DNA of 60,047 nt, counting the filler. It is 3 parts of 3 records of this genome, joined end to end, with 100 filler letters (N's around TTAATTAATTAA, not from the genome) between each part and the next. Parts side by side here need not be neighbours in the genome. Positions count along the whole stretch, not along the records: positions 32,723 to 60,047 come from SRR22947725_2621; 2 more parts are not named here. One strand, 5' to 3'. Shown here in pieces: positions 40,680 through 51,264 of the stretch (the stretch's first letter is position 1; the number at the start of each line of letters is the position of its first letter). Below the pieces are notes generated by a model. That model saw only the letters and a program-made list of their open reading frames with translations. It was not told where the DNA came from and ran no database searches. The translations under genes and the position numbers were made by a program.

Positions 40680-41429
40680 TTGGAGTTTATAAAGATAACA
40701 AAAGAACGAATAGATAAGCTTATGGTCTCAAGGGGTTTGGCTAAGAGTAGAGAACAGGCTAATTCTATGCTAATGGCAGGTACAGTGTTTGTTAATCAAA
40801 AACGCATAGATAAGCCTGGGCAACAAATTACAAAAGAGTCTGAAATAGATGTTAAGGGTAAAATTCACCCGTGGGTATCTAGAGGAGGGATCAAATTAGA
40901 AAAAGCTATTTTAGAATATAATTTAGATTGTAATTCCGTAATAGCTCTAGATATAGGTGCAAGCACAGGTGGCTTTACAGATGTACTATTAACAAAAGGT
41001 GCAAAAAAAGTTTACGCAGTTGATGTTGGCTATGGCCAATTAGATTGGAAATTAAGACAAGATGAAAGAGTCATAGTTAGTGAAAAAACAAATGCGCGTT
41101 TTTTAACAGATAAAATTATAAAAGATACTTTGGACGTTATAGTTTGTGACGCCTCTTTTATATCATTAAAAAAAATTTTACCTTCTAGTCTTCAATTTTT
41201 GAAAAAAAATGGATGGTTAGCTGCATTAATAAAGCCGCAGTTTGAAGTGGGTAAAGGTCTTGTTGGTAAAGGGGGAGTTGTAAGAGACCCAAACCTTCAT
41301 GAAGAAGTTACAAATGATATAAAAGGTTGGATTACATCCGAAATGAAAATGAATTTACTAGGAGTTGTTGAAAGTCCTATTCTAGGCCCAAGTGGAAATA
41401 AAGAGTTTGTGATCGTAGTAACTAAGTAA
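40680..41429 (+). CDS. tlyA: TlyA family rRNA methyltransferase
   Basis: S4 domain, VSRGGIKL, DIGASTGGFTD, LIKPQFE, GNKEF. Confidence 0.93.
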   Translation: MEFIKITKERIDKLMVSRGLAKSREQANSMLMAGTVFVNQKRIDKPGQQITKESEIDVKGKIHPWVSRGGIKLEKAILEYNLDCNSVIALDIGASTGGFTDVLLTKGAKKVYAVDVGYGQLDWKLRQDERVIVSEKTNARFLTDKIIKDTLDVIVCDASFISLKKILPSSLQFLKKNGWLAALIKPQFEVGKGLVGKGGVVRDPNLHEEVTNDIKGWITSEMKMNLLGVVESPILGPSGNKEFVIVVTK

Positions 41430-41447
41430 GATACACTTGATTATTTT

Positions 41448-42542
41448 TTATATAAGGGATCCAATTTGACTTTCATGTTCTAGTAATTGATCAAGGAAAG
41501 TAATAGCCAGCATAGCCTCAGCAACAGGGACAGCTCTTATTCCAACACATGGATCATGTCGGCCCTTAGTTTTAATTTGAATTGCTTCATTATTTAAGTT
41601 GATAGAATTTTTTTCTGTTAGAATAGAGCTTGTTGGCTTTACTACGAACCTAGCTACAATGGGTTGTCCAGAAGAAATCCCTCCTAATATTCCTCCAGAG
41701 TGGTTAGAGCCAAAATAATAACCTCCTTTGTTGTCTGGAAATATTTCGTCATTTGCTTCTACGCCTGTTAACGATGCTAAGTTAAAACCTGAACCAATTT
41801 CAACGCCTTTTACAGCATTAATACTCATAAGAGCTTCTGTGATTTGAGTATCTAATTTTTTATAGATTGGGCTTCCTAAACCTTTAGGAACATTTTCTGC
41901 TACAACTTCAATTATGGCGCCGGCGCTATTACCTTTCTTTCTTAATTCATCAAGCCATATCTCCCATTTTTTAGCAGCTTCTGGGTCTCCGCAGAAGAAT
42001 GGGTTTGCATTAACTTCATTCCAATTAAAATTTTCTTTATTTATTTTATTAGGACCCATCTGAATAACACTGGCTCTTATTATGAGTGGTTTTTTTAATT
42101 TATGTTCTAATACTTTAAAAGCTATTGCACCAGCAGCAACTCTTACCGCAGTTTCTCTTGCGCTTGATCTGCCACCACCCCTATAATCTCTTATTCCATA
42201 TTTAGTTTGATAAGTAATGTCTGCGTGTCCTGGTCTAAATTGTTGGGATATTTCAGAGTAATCTTTACTTCGTTGATCTTCATTTTTAATATTCAGAGCG
42301 ATCGGGTGTCCTGTTGTTTTACCTTCAAAAACTCCCGATAAAATCTCAACTTGATCATTCTCTTTTCTTTGAGTGACGAATTTTGATTGACCGGGTTTTC
42401 TTCTATCTAAATAATGTTGAATATCTTCTTCGTTTATAGAAACTAAAGGAGGTACTCCATCAACGACACACCCAATTGCTTTGCCATGGCTTTCACCAAA
42501 GCTTGTGAATTTGAAAATATGTCCAAAAGAGTTACTAGCCAT
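41448..42542 (-). CDS. aroC: Chorismate synthase
   Basis: [29 protein letters not shown]. Confidence 0.97.
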   Translation of the reverse strand: MASNSFGHIFKFTSFGESHGKAIGCVVDGVPPLVSINEEDIQHYLDRRKPGQSKFVTQRKENDQVEILSGVFEGKTTGHPIALNIKNEDQRSKDYSEISQQFRPGHADITYQTKYGIRDYRGGGRSSARETAVRVAAGAIAFKVLEHKLKKPLIIRASVIQMGPNKINKENFNWNEVNANPFFCGDPEAAKKWEIWLDELRKKGNSAGAIIEVVAENVPKGLGSPIYKKLDTQITEALMSINAVKGVEIGSGFNLASLTGVEANDEIFPDNKGGYYFGSNHSGGILGGISSGQPIVARFVVKPTSSILTEKNSINLNNEAIQIKTKGRHDPCVGIRAVPVAEAMLAITFLDQLLEHESQIGSLI

Positions 42543-42565
42543 TTTAATTCTCTCAAATAGATAAA

Positions 42566-43399
42566 TTAATTATCTTTTTTTTCAGGAGACATGTCAGGGG
42601 CGTCAATTGCCTTCATGCCAACTACATGATAACCACAATCAATATGATGCGTTTCTCCGGTTACTCCAGCTGATAAATCAGATAAAAGATAAACTCCAGA
42701 CCCACCTACATCGTCTAACGTAACATTTCGCCTTAATGGAGAATTATATTGGTTCCATTTAAGTATATATCTAAAATCACCAATCCCACTAGCAGCTAAG
42801 GTTTTAATAGGACCTGCAGATAAACTGTTAACTCTAATTTTATCACCGCCCAAATCTGCAGCTAAGTATCTTACAGATGATTCAAGCGCAGCCTTTGCAA
42901 CTCCCATGACATTATAATGAGGCATTACTTTTTCAGCGCCATAATATGTTAAAGTAATCATGGATCCACCATTAGGCATCATGCCTGCAGCTCTTTGAGC
43001 TACTGCAGTAAACGAATACACAGATATATCCATAGTCTTATAGAAATTTTCTCTGGTTGTATCAAGATACTCACCTTTTAATTCTTCTTTATCTGAATAC
43101 GCTATCGCATGAACTAAAAAATCAATATTATCCCATTTTTCTTTTAATAATAAGAAGGTTTCATCAATAGCTTTATCACTAGAAACATCGCATGGTATTA
43201 TAATATTAGAGCCAATTGATTCTGCGAGTGGCCTGACCCTCTTTTCTAAAGCATCTCCTTGATAAGTAAATGCTAGTTCAGCACCCTGGTTAGCTGCAGC
43301 CGAAGCAATTCCCCAAGCTATAGATCTATCATTTGCCACTCCCATAACTATACCACGTTTACCTTTCATGATTCCGTTATTGAGGTTTTTTTCCTGCAT
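42566..43399 (-). CDS. fabI: Enoyl-ACP reductase FabI
   Basis: [37 protein letters not shown]. Confidence 0.96.
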   Translation of the reverse strand: MQEKNLNNGIMKGKRGIVMGVANDRSIAWGIASAAANQGAELAFTYQGDALEKRVRPLAESIGSNIIIPCDVSSDKAIDETFLLLKEKWDNIDFLVHAIAYSDKEELKGEYLDTTRENFYKTMDISVYSFTAVAQRAAGMMPNGGSMITLTYYGAEKVMPHYNVMGVAKAALESSVRYLAADLGGDKIRVNSLSAGPIKTLAASGIGDFRYILKWNQYNSPLRRNVTLDDVGGSGVYLLSDLSAGVTGETHHIDCGYHVVGMKAIDAPDMSPEKKDN

Positions 43400-43505
43400 A
43401 ATTCATTTCCTAATCTTAATAAAGATTTTAAAGTATAATATGTTGTTATTATATAATTAATTACCTCTTTTTAATATATAAATATTTACATATATATATT
43501 AATAT

Positions 43506-44036
43506 TTAATTAAGAGAATAACTTATCTTCTTTGTTAAGGTTATTAAATCACCGGGATTATAAGATTTGTTACTAGTAAATGAGATAATTTCTCCATCTA
43601 CTTCTACATTTAGTTTATAACCACTAACTTGTTCTGTAGTCTCAGTATAAAAAACTTTTTGAGTACGGCAAACTTCTTTTTCAACATAACTTTCATTTGC
43701 ACCAGCTTTCTCGCTTCTAACAACTTCAGATCCAATTAATGCTCCTAAGGCAGTAGATCCTGATTTTCCTCCACCAGAACCAATTTGATTTCCAATAGCA
43801 CCCCCTATCAGAGCACCAATAAAATTATCTGCACCAAATTTTTGAGCATTTTGATTTACTGGAACTCTCTGAATTGAACATTTTTTTTCTTCTCTAGGCA
43901 CTCTTTGATTTGTGTATTTTTTGAGAACTTCAACTGATGATATAGATCCTGTCACTTGATAGAAATTTGTTTTAGAATAACCACTGCTTGAAAATAAAAC
44001 GATCAATCCAAATAATAAAAAAAAATTTTTAGACAT
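43506..44036 (-). CDS. Glycine-zipper 2TM domain exported protein (YcfJ-like)
   Basis: Signal peptide; GALIGGAIGNQIGSGGGK..ALGALIG flanked by a pair of cysteines. Confidence 0.78.
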   Translation of the reverse strand: MSKNFFLLFGLIVLFSSSGYSKTNFYQVTGSISSVEVLKKYTNQRVPREEKKCSIQRVPVNQNAQKFGADNFIGALIGGAIGNQIGSGGGKSGSTALGALIGSEVVRSEKAGANESYVEKEVCRTQKVFYTETTEQVSGYKLNVEVDGEIISFTSNKSYNPGDLITLTKKISYSLN

Positions 44037-44147
44037 ATAAAACCTTTCATAATTTCTTTAAACATTTCCAATTTTGAATATATTTATAAAATATGGCAAA
44101 ATTAGTACTATATGTTAAAAATACAAAATTAAATTTGGAGACGATAA

Positions 44148-44741
44148 TTGGAATTAGATAGAATAGTAGACCCAATCTTATTATTTAAAAATTGGTTATC
44201 TGAAGCAGAAAAAAATGAAATTAGAGATCCTAATGCTATGCAGTTAGCCACTGTATCAAAAAATGGGATGCCGTCTGTTAGAACCGTCTTGTTAAAAGAT
44301 ATTATTGATACATCTTTTGTTTTTTATACAAACTATGAAAGCCGTAAATCTAATGAAATAAATGAGACTGCTAAAGGTGCAATCTGCTTTTATTGGAAAA
44401 GTTTAAATCGTCAGGTCAGGTTAACAGGAAGTGTTAATAAAGTGTCTGATCAAGTGTCTGACAAGTACTACCAATCCAGATCAAGAGGCAGTAGGATTGG
44501 TGCGTGGGCATCTAAACAATCTAGAGAATTAGAATCTAGAGAAGTTTTGATGGAGAAGGTTAAATTATTAGAATCTAAATATGACGAAGACATACCTCGA
44601 CCAACGTTTTGGGGTGGATTTGCTCTTAAACCTGATGAGTTTGAATTTTGGGAAGATGGTGATTTTAGGTTGCATGATAGATTTGTTTTGAAGCCAACTT
44701 CATTAAAAAATGAGTGGACTGCTAAGCGCTATTATCCTTAG
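44148..44741 (+). CDS. pdxH: Pyridoxamine 5'-phosphate oxidase
   Basis: RTVLLK, FYTNYESRK, GAWASKQS, EFWED..RLHDR. Confidence 0.95.
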   Translation: MELDRIVDPILLFKNWLSEAEKNEIRDPNAMQLATVSKNGMPSVRTVLLKDIIDTSFVFYTNYESRKSNEINETAKGAICFYWKSLNRQVRLTGSVNKVSDQVSDKYYQSRSRGSRIGAWASKQSRELESREVLMEKVKLLESKYDEDIPRPTFWGGFALKPDEFEFWEDGDFRLHDRFVLKPTSLKNEWTAKRYYP

Positions 44742-46005
44742 AAGTTTCACCTTTATTTTTTCTTATTTCTAAAACACTCATAATAATAAATATTATATAA
44801 CAAATTATAAGTAGTCCTAAAAATAAGCCAAATCCTGCTTGATATGCCTTTATTGAATACCCAGACTGTTTTCCTGGTTCAACTAATTGCATAATAAATC
44901 CAATTGTATATTGAGCTATAAAGGCCATCAAAAAACATATTAAGTTTATAGCTGTTGACGCACGGGCAGCATAGCTAGTTGGAAAATGTTGACTAAGTCC
45001 AGCATATGCTAATGTAGCAGCTAATGATGTTATACTTAAGACAACCCAAGGCCATATAGCCTTAGGCATTATTCCAAATGTAATAATAGTTAAAGGTATA
45101 ATAAAAACAAATAAAGCTCCACCCATTACACCAACTGGAGATATATTAAATTTTCTTAAATAGTCCGTAATTATCCCTAAAGAGGTGGTTCCAATTGTCA
45201 TCATTATTGTTGAAATAAAGAGAATATTGGCAATTTCGTTTTTATTAAATTTACCTATATCTGAAAGCCAGGGTCCAGCCCATAATCCCAATATTGCAAG
45301 CCCAGTACCTCCAGCAATTCCAGACAATGGACCTATTCTCCAAAAAGCATAGCTAGTATAAATGTGCTTTAATACTTTAAGAACTGGTAAAGGTTTTTCA
45401 TTATAGTTATTTTCTTGTTTTTCTGGAACTACAAAAAAAATTAATATTCCAACAAAAATTGTAACAATTCCAATAAATAGATAAACACCTCTCCAATCAG
45501 TTATTTGTAAAGCCATTTCTAACGGTGTTGATGCTACAATAGCACCCATACCCCCTGCGGACATAAACAATCCTATTAAAAGTGGAAGTCTTTCTTTAGG
45601 AAACCAAACAGCAAAGGCTTTAAAAGCGGCCATTAAAGCCCCTGAGACACCTAACCCAATCAATCCACGTGCCGTAACAAGTGACCAAACACCGTTTCCT
45701 AAACTAAATAATATAGCTCCTATAGCAGCTATTAAAAAAAGAATGCTTTGAACTTTTCTAGCGCCAAATTTGTCAAGTAAAACCCCTAGAGGTAATTGAA
45801 ATAAGCCAAATGTTAAAAAATAAGCGGATGTAATTAACCCAAGCTGTTCTGCATTTAAGTTTAAATCATTACTTAAGTAGGGTGCTAAGACAGCATTTGT
45901 AGATCTATAAAGATAAGATAAAAAATACCCACACGCAAAAGGTAGAAAAATAAAAATAAATTTCTGTAAGTTTGTTTCAGGCAAAATATTATTAATCCAT
46001 TTCAT
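44722..46005 (-). CDS. MFS transporter
   Basis: GVLLDKFGARK motif A and about 12 TM segments; ATG 46005 has a GGAG SD. Confidence 0.88.
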   Translation of the reverse strand: MKWINNILPETNLQKFIFIFLPFACGYFLSYLYRSTNAVLAPYLSNDLNLNAEQLGLITSAYFLTFGLFQLPLGVLLDKFGARKVQSILFLIAAIGAILFSLGNGVWSLVTARGLIGLGVSGALMAAFKAFAVWFPKERLPLLIGLFMSAGGMGAIVASTPLEMALQITDWRGVYLFIGIVTIFVGILIFFVVPEKQENNYNEKPLPVLKVLKHIYTSYAFWRIGPLSGIAGGTGLAILGLWAGPWLSDIGKFNKNEIANILFISTIMMTIGTTSLGIITDYLRKFNISPVGVMGGALFVFIIPLTIITFGIMPKAIWPWVVLSITSLAATLAYAGLSQHFPTSYAARASTAINLICFLMAFIAQYTIGFIMQLVEPGKQSGYSIKAYQAGFGLFLGLLIICYIIFIIMSVLEIRKNKGETSKDNSA

Positions 46006-46155
46006 ATTTCTAGGCTCCAAAAACAATAATTATTCAATTTATTTGTAGAAGATAAAGTTAAGTTCTTATAAATTAGCATATTAACTACTATCACGATAGA
46101 CTAATGATTAGAAAATTGACCTTGTCTCTTAAAAGTCATTTATGAGGAGTATCAT

Positions 46156-47343
46156 ATGAAAGTATCCAATGAAATTTTAAACATTATTCCTGAAATTAAA
46201 ACTTGGAGACATGAGTTGCATGCTCACCCAGAACTTGGATATGAAGAAAAATGGACTTCAGATTTTGTAGCAAAAAAATTACAATCTTTTGGTTTAGAGG
46301 TTCATAGAGGTTTAGGAGGCACTGGAGTTGTTGGAATTCTAAAAGGCCTAGATGCTAATTTAGGTGGTGGAGGTAATAAAGCTATTGGCTTAAGGGCTGA
46401 TATGGATGCTCTGCCCATGACAGAAGAAAATAACTTTTCTTACAAATCTAAATTTGAGGGACGAATGCATGCATGCGGTCATGATGGGCATACAGCTATG
46501 TTGCTTGGAGCAGCTAAGTTGTTGGCGTCAAAAAATAATTTTGATGGCACTGTTTATTTTATATTCCAACCTGCTGAAGAAGGTGGAGGTGGAGGTTTGG
46601 CTATGATAGAAGATGGATTGTTCGAACAATTTCCCATGGATAGCGTGTGGGGAATGCATAATTGGCCAGGAATGGATGAAGGTAACGTGGCTGTACATAA
46701 AGGTTCTGTAATGGCTGCTGCAGACAGATTTGAGGTTACTGTAAAAGGTAATGGTGGTCATGCTGCTATGCCTCAAGCAACAAACGATCCTGTTTTAGCA
46801 ACTGCAGCTATTGTTCAAGCCTTACAGCAAATAGTTTCGCGTAAACAAAATCCACTAGACGCTGTTGTTGTTTCAGTAACTCAAATCAATGCAGGATCTG
46901 GGTTTAATATAATACCTCAAGTCACAGATTTTATAGGCACCATTAGAACAGTTAATTCTGCTACTAGAATAAATGTCCATAAACAATTCAAAGAGATATG
47001 TAGAGCGACAGCATTGGCCTATGGTTGTACAGCAAACGTTTCAGTTATCAAAGGTTATCCTGTTACGGTTAATAACATTGAATGTAGTGAAAAAGCAATT
47101 GAAGTTACTTCGAGTATATTTGGACCCGGTTCTGTAAAAACTAACATGGGGCCATCTATGGGCGCAGAAGATTTTGCTTACATGTTAGAAAAAATTCCAG
47201 GGTCATATATTTGGTTGGGAGCAGGTGAAGGAAAATCAGGCTGTATGCTTCATAATACAAAGTATGATTTTAATGATAATATTTTGCCGTTAGGTGTTAC
47301 GTATTGGGAGAAGTTAGTGAAATCAGAGTTGCCGCTTAGATAA
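46156..47343 (+). CDS. M20D family amidohydrolase (hippurate hydrolase-like)
   Basis: HAHPELG, RADMDALP, HACGHDGH, FQPAEE, GAEDF. Confidence 0.92.
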   Translation: MKVSNEILNIIPEIKTWRHELHAHPELGYEEKWTSDFVAKKLQSFGLEVHRGLGGTGVVGILKGLDANLGGGGNKAIGLRADMDALPMTEENNFSYKSKFEGRMHACGHDGHTAMLLGAAKLLASKNNFDGTVYFIFQPAEEGGGGGLAMIEDGLFEQFPMDSVWGMHNWPGMDEGNVAVHKGSVMAAADRFEVTVKGNGGHAAMPQATNDPVLATAAIVQALQQIVSRKQNPLDAVVVSVTQINAGSGFNIIPQVTDFIGTIRTVNSATRINVHKQFKEICRATALAYGCTANVSVIKGYPVTVNNIECSEKAIEVTSSIFGPGSVKTNMGPSMGAEDFAYMLEKIPGSYIWLGAGEGKSGCMLHNTKYDFNDNILPLGVTYWEKLVKSELPLR

Positions 47344-47383
47344 TAATGGACTTATTCACGGTTTATTAATATATACTTAAATT

Positions 47384-47644
47384 ATGAAAAATATTTTATT
47401 ACTTATTGTTATTGCATCATGTGCTCTTGTAATCATAACTGTTTTTGCAATCAATTTATGGCTGCAAATGTCGAATGTGCAAATTAGTTATAATGGTTTA
47501 GTTGCTATTTTCGTAGGTGCTTTTTTTACTATATTATTAGGTGCCGGCTTAATGTCTTTAGTATTCTTTTCTGCTCGACATGGGTTTGATGAGCAAGTAG
47601 ATCATGACTTAGAAAATTTGCTTGAGAGACATAAAGACTCTTAA
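47384..47644 (+). CDS. Small two-TM hypothetical membrane protein
   Basis: Two hydrophobic segments and a GLMSLVFFSARHGFDE C-terminal motif. Confidence 0.7.
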   Translation: MKNILLLIVIASCALVIITVFAINLWLQMSNVQISYNGLVAIFVGAFFTILLGAGLMSLVFFSARHGFDEQVDHDLENLLERHKDS

Positions 47645-47761
47645 GATTTAATAAAAATATAATTGTGATCCAATTCTTAAATTACGTTAATGGTTAAAAT
47701 TTTGATATAATTAACCTAACTACAAAGGTTCATCTTAAGATTAATAAATTAGGTTTTGATT

Positions 47762-49369
47762 ATGCAAAAAATATTTAAAGAGTTATCACAAAAAATATCA
47801 GATTCCGAATTACAATTTTCTAATTTAAAGTTTTCATCACTCTTAAAATTCAAAACAGAAATTTTGGCAGGTTTAACTGTTGCATTGGCATTAGTGCCTG
47901 AAGCTGTATCCTTTTCCTTTGTTGCTGGCGTACACCCCTTAGTCGGTTTATATGCAGCATTCATAGTTGGGTTGATTACTGCTTTAATAGGAGGTAGGCC
48001 TGGTATGATTTCTGGAGCGACGGGTGCGTTGGCTGTTGTAATGGTTGCGTTAGTTTCTCTGCACGGTGTTGAGTATTTATTTGCAACAGTAGTATTAATG
48101 GGTATTTTCCAAATTACAGCTGCCTTTTTAAGGTTAGGAAAATTTATCAGATTAGTCCCTTATCCCGTGATGCTTGGCTTTGTGAACGGTTTAGCAATTG
48201 TTATTTTTTTAGCTCAAATGTCCCAATTTCAAACAACAGACTTGTCTGATAGTAGACAATGGATGGAAGGCCAAACCTTACTTGTTATGCTTCTACTTGT
48301 TATTACAACTATGGTAGTGATATGGGTTATGCCTAAGATAACCACTATTATTCCAGCGCCTCTGGCTGGTATACTTTTTGTAGCTACACTTGTAATATCG
48401 TTGGATATTGATGTTCCGCGTGTCAGTGATTTAGCTTCTATTAAAGGAGGGTTGCCAACGTTTCATATCCCTTTAGTTCCTCTTAATACTGAGACATTTA
48501 TAATAATATTGCCATATGCTCTAATTTTGGCAACTATTGGTTTAATTGAAAGTTTACTAACTCTTAACTTAGTTGGTGATATTACGGGAAAGATTGGTGG
48601 TGCATCTCAAGAGTGTGTGGCACAGGGTATTGCGAATACTGTAACTGGATTTTTTAGTGGTATGGGTGGCTGTGCCATGATTGGTCAATCAATGATTAAT
48701 GTAAAGTCTGGAGGACGCACAAGGATATCTGGAATTTCAGCATCTTTATTCTTACTTCTATTTATTGTAGTTGGTTCTTCGCTTATTGAACAAATTCCAT
48801 TAGCAGCATTAGTAGGCGTTATGTTTATGGTAGTTATAGGTACTTTTGCTTGGCAGAGTATTATGGTTATTAGACGTATTCCAATGACAGATGTTGTTGT
48901 AATGTTAATCGTAACTGCGGTTACTGTTATTTATGATTTAGCTATAGCCGTTATATGTGGAGTTATTGTCTCAGCTCTTGCTTATGCTTGGAATAATGCA
49001 GTTCGTATCAGAGGAAACGTTAAAGTAGACGATGATGGTAATACCATCTATTATATAGAAGGACCATTATTCTTTGGTTCTGTTCAAGGGTTTTCAGAAA
49101 TATTTAACTTAGATACCGATACTGATATTGTTATAGTTGACTTTATAAACAGCCGTATTGTAGATCAATCAGCTCTTCAAGCAATAGAAGACCTTGCTGT
49201 TAAATATAAAAAAAGAAAGAAACATTTACAATTGAGGCATTTATCAACAGATTGTCATTCGCTTTTACGAAAAGCAGGACAATTAATTGTAGATGCTGAT
49301 GATGATCCTAGTTATGGCGTTGCCGTCGATTATGGTGTGAAGCCAGGCGCTTTCGGTAAAACACATTAA
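47762..49369 (+). CDS. SulP family inorganic anion transporter with STAS domain
   Basis: Same signature motifs as the SulP at 8862-10475; ATG at 47762 (alternative TTG at 47756). Confidence 0.93.
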   Translation: MQKIFKELSQKISDSELQFSNLKFSSLLKFKTEILAGLTVALALVPEAVSFSFVAGVHPLVGLYAAFIVGLITALIGGRPGMISGATGALAVVMVALVSLHGVEYLFATVVLMGIFQITAAFLRLGKFIRLVPYPVMLGFVNGLAIVIFLAQMSQFQTTDLSDSRQWMEGQTLLVMLLLVITTMVVIWVMPKITTIIPAPLAGILFVATLVISLDIDVPRVSDLASIKGGLPTFHIPLVPLNTETFIIILPYALILATIGLIESLLTLNLVGDITGKIGGASQECVAQGIANTVTGFFSGMGGCAMIGQSMINVKSGGRTRISGISASLFLLLFIVVGSSLIEQIPLAALVGVMFMVVIGTFAWQSIMVIRRIPMTDVVVMLIVTAVTVIYDLAIAVICGVIVSALAYAWNNAVRIRGNVKVDDDGNTIYYIEGPLFFGSVQGFSEIFNLDTDTDIVIVDFINSRIVDQSALQAIEDLAVKYKKRKKHLQLRHLSTDCHSLLRKAGQLIVDADDDPSYGVAVDYGVKPGAFGKTH

Positions 49370-49385
49370 TTTTCACTTTTAACAG

Positions 49386-49425
49386 TTGACTTTATATTCA
49401 ATATATAAGAGAACAAAACATGAAC
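49386..49425 (+). promoter_or_regulatory. umuDC promoter with an alphaproteobacterial LexA (SOS) box
   Basis: TTGACT -35 at 49386; GAAC-AAAACAT-GAAC direct repeat (GAAC-N7-GAAC) at 49411-49425 over the expected -10/+1 region. Confidence 0.85.
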
Positions 49426-49451
49426 AAAATATTTTTGGAATAGAGGAAATA

Positions 49452-49931
49452 ATGAATTTAGAAATAACTAAGCGAATATTAGCTCAAAATGGCCATTACA
49501 TAATGCCATCTAAATTAGAAGTATTTAAACCATGTCTAAGTAGATCTCAAAAATTTCCCCTGTATAGTTCAAAGGTTTCGGCAGGTTTCCCGTCTCCTGC
49601 AGATGATAATTTAGAAAAAACCTTAGATTTAAATACTTATTTAATCAAGCGTCCGGCTACAACATTTTTTGTACGTGTTAATGGTGACTCAATGATTAAT
49701 GCGGGAATTAATGATAATGATATTTTAGTTGTAGATAGAAGTGTTAAGCCATCACATGGAAAAGTGATTATTGCTGTTTTAGATGGGCAAATGACGGTTA
49801 AAAGATTATATAAACAATCCAATAAAATTATATTGATGCCAGAAAATGATTTATATCAACCAATTGAGATTAGAGACGATATGAATATGGAAATTTGGGG
49901 CGTAGTAACAAGTTCTGTTCATTGCCTATGA
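49452..49931 (+). CDS. umuD: Error-prone DNA polymerase V autoprotease subunit UmuD
   Basis: VSAGFPSPA cleavage site, GDSM catalytic Ser, TVKRL catalytic Lys; ATG 49452 has a GAGGA SD. Confidence 0.93.
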   Translation: MNLEITKRILAQNGHYIMPSKLEVFKPCLSRSQKFPLYSSKVSAGFPSPADDNLEKTLDLNTYLIKRPATTFFVRVNGDSMINAGINDNDILVVDRSVKPSHGKVIIAVLDGQMTVKRLYKQSNKIILMPENDLYQPIEIRDDMNMEIWGVVTSSVHCL

Positions 49932-49932
49932 C

Positions 49933-51252
49933 ATGTATGGTTTAGTAGATTGTAATAATTTTTATGTTTCTTGTGAAAGAGTATTTAACCCGTCATTAAG
50001 AGGTAAGCCTGTTGTAGTGCTGTCGAATAATGATGGATGTATTATTGCAAGATCTAATGAAGCAAAAGCCATAGGAATTCCTATGGGTGCTCCATTGCAT
50101 CTATACAAAACACTTATAAAACAAAATAAGATTTTTACTTATTCTTCAAATTACACTTTATATGGAGATATGTCTTCTAGAGTAATGAGTGTATTAAATT
50201 ATTTTATTCCTAACATAGAAATATATTCTATTGATGAAGCATTCTTAAACTTAAAAAACTTTAATATTCAAAGTTTACAAGACGAGATGTTTAAAATTAG
50301 AGAGCGTATTTATCAATGGACAGGCATACCTGTTTCAATTGGAATAGGCCCCACTAAAACGTTGGCAAAACTAGCAAATAAAATCGCAAAAAAAAACTCA
50401 TCTAATGGTGTTTATATATTAACTGTTTCCACTCAATTAACACATATATTGAGTGATATGAAATTAGAAGATATTTGGGGAGTTTCAAAAGGATGGGGAA
50501 ATAGATTAAGATCTATCGGAATAAATAACCCAAGGCAATTACAGCAAGCAAACCCTCGTCAGATAAGAACATTAATATCAGTTGTGGGTGAGCGCATTAT
50601 TTATGAATTAAGAGGACAACCTTGTCTTGCTTTGGAAGAGGTAATTAATAAAAAATCTATCACTGTATCTAGATCTTTTGGTAACATGATTAATGATAAA
50701 GACAGTCTTAAAAAAGCGTTAGCAAACTATGCAGCAAGAGCCGCAGAGAAACTACGTCATCAAGATAGTGTATGTGGAGGAATTTATGTTTTTATTAATA
50801 CTAACCGTTTTAGAGAACGAGATTTACAATACAGCAATAGTGCAACAATAAACTTTGATGAGTTAACTGATAGTACAACCATTATAATTGAAAAATCTTT
50901 TAAGTTATTAGAAAATCTTTATCGCCCAAAATATAATTATAAAAAAATTGGAGTAACATTACTTGGATTAAAACAAAAGGATGATGGTTCTTCAGATAAT
51001 TATATTATTCAAGGTAGTTTATTTATACATAATGCAGATCAACAAATACATATGAGTAGATCATGTGATCGTATGAAACTAATAGATAATATAAATGCAA
51101 AAATGGGGAAAATGACAATATTTCATGGTTCTCAAGGAGTGATAAAAAACTCAAGAAATATAAAATCAGAAACAGATAAATGGCGGATGCGATCTTGTTA
51201 TAAGTCACCATTTTATACTACAAATTGGGATGATATATTAAAAGTATCTTAA
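49933..51252 (+). CDS. umuC: Y-family DNA polymerase V catalytic subunit UmuC
   Basis: LVDCNNFYVSCER, LSNNDGC, SSNYTLYGDMS, YSIDEAF, SRSFG, SPFYTTNW. Confidence 0.94.
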   Translation: MYGLVDCNNFYVSCERVFNPSLRGKPVVVLSNNDGCIIARSNEAKAIGIPMGAPLHLYKTLIKQNKIFTYSSNYTLYGDMSSRVMSVLNYFIPNIEIYSIDEAFLNLKNFNIQSLQDEMFKIRERIYQWTGIPVSIGIGPTKTLAKLANKIAKKNSSNGVYILTVSTQLTHILSDMKLEDIWGVSKGWGNRLRSIGINNPRQLQQANPRQIRTLISVVGERIIYELRGQPCLALEEVINKKSITVSRSFGNMINDKDSLKKALANYAARAAEKLRHQDSVCGGIYVFINTNRFRERDLQYSNSATINFDELTDSTTIIIEKSFKLLENLYRPKYNYKKIGVTLLGLKQKDDGSSDNYIIQGSLFIHNADQQIHMSRSCDRMKLIDNINAKMGKMTIFHGSQGVIKNSRNIKSETDKWRMRSCYKSPFYTTNWDDILKVS

Positions 51253-51264
51253 AAGAATTTAATA

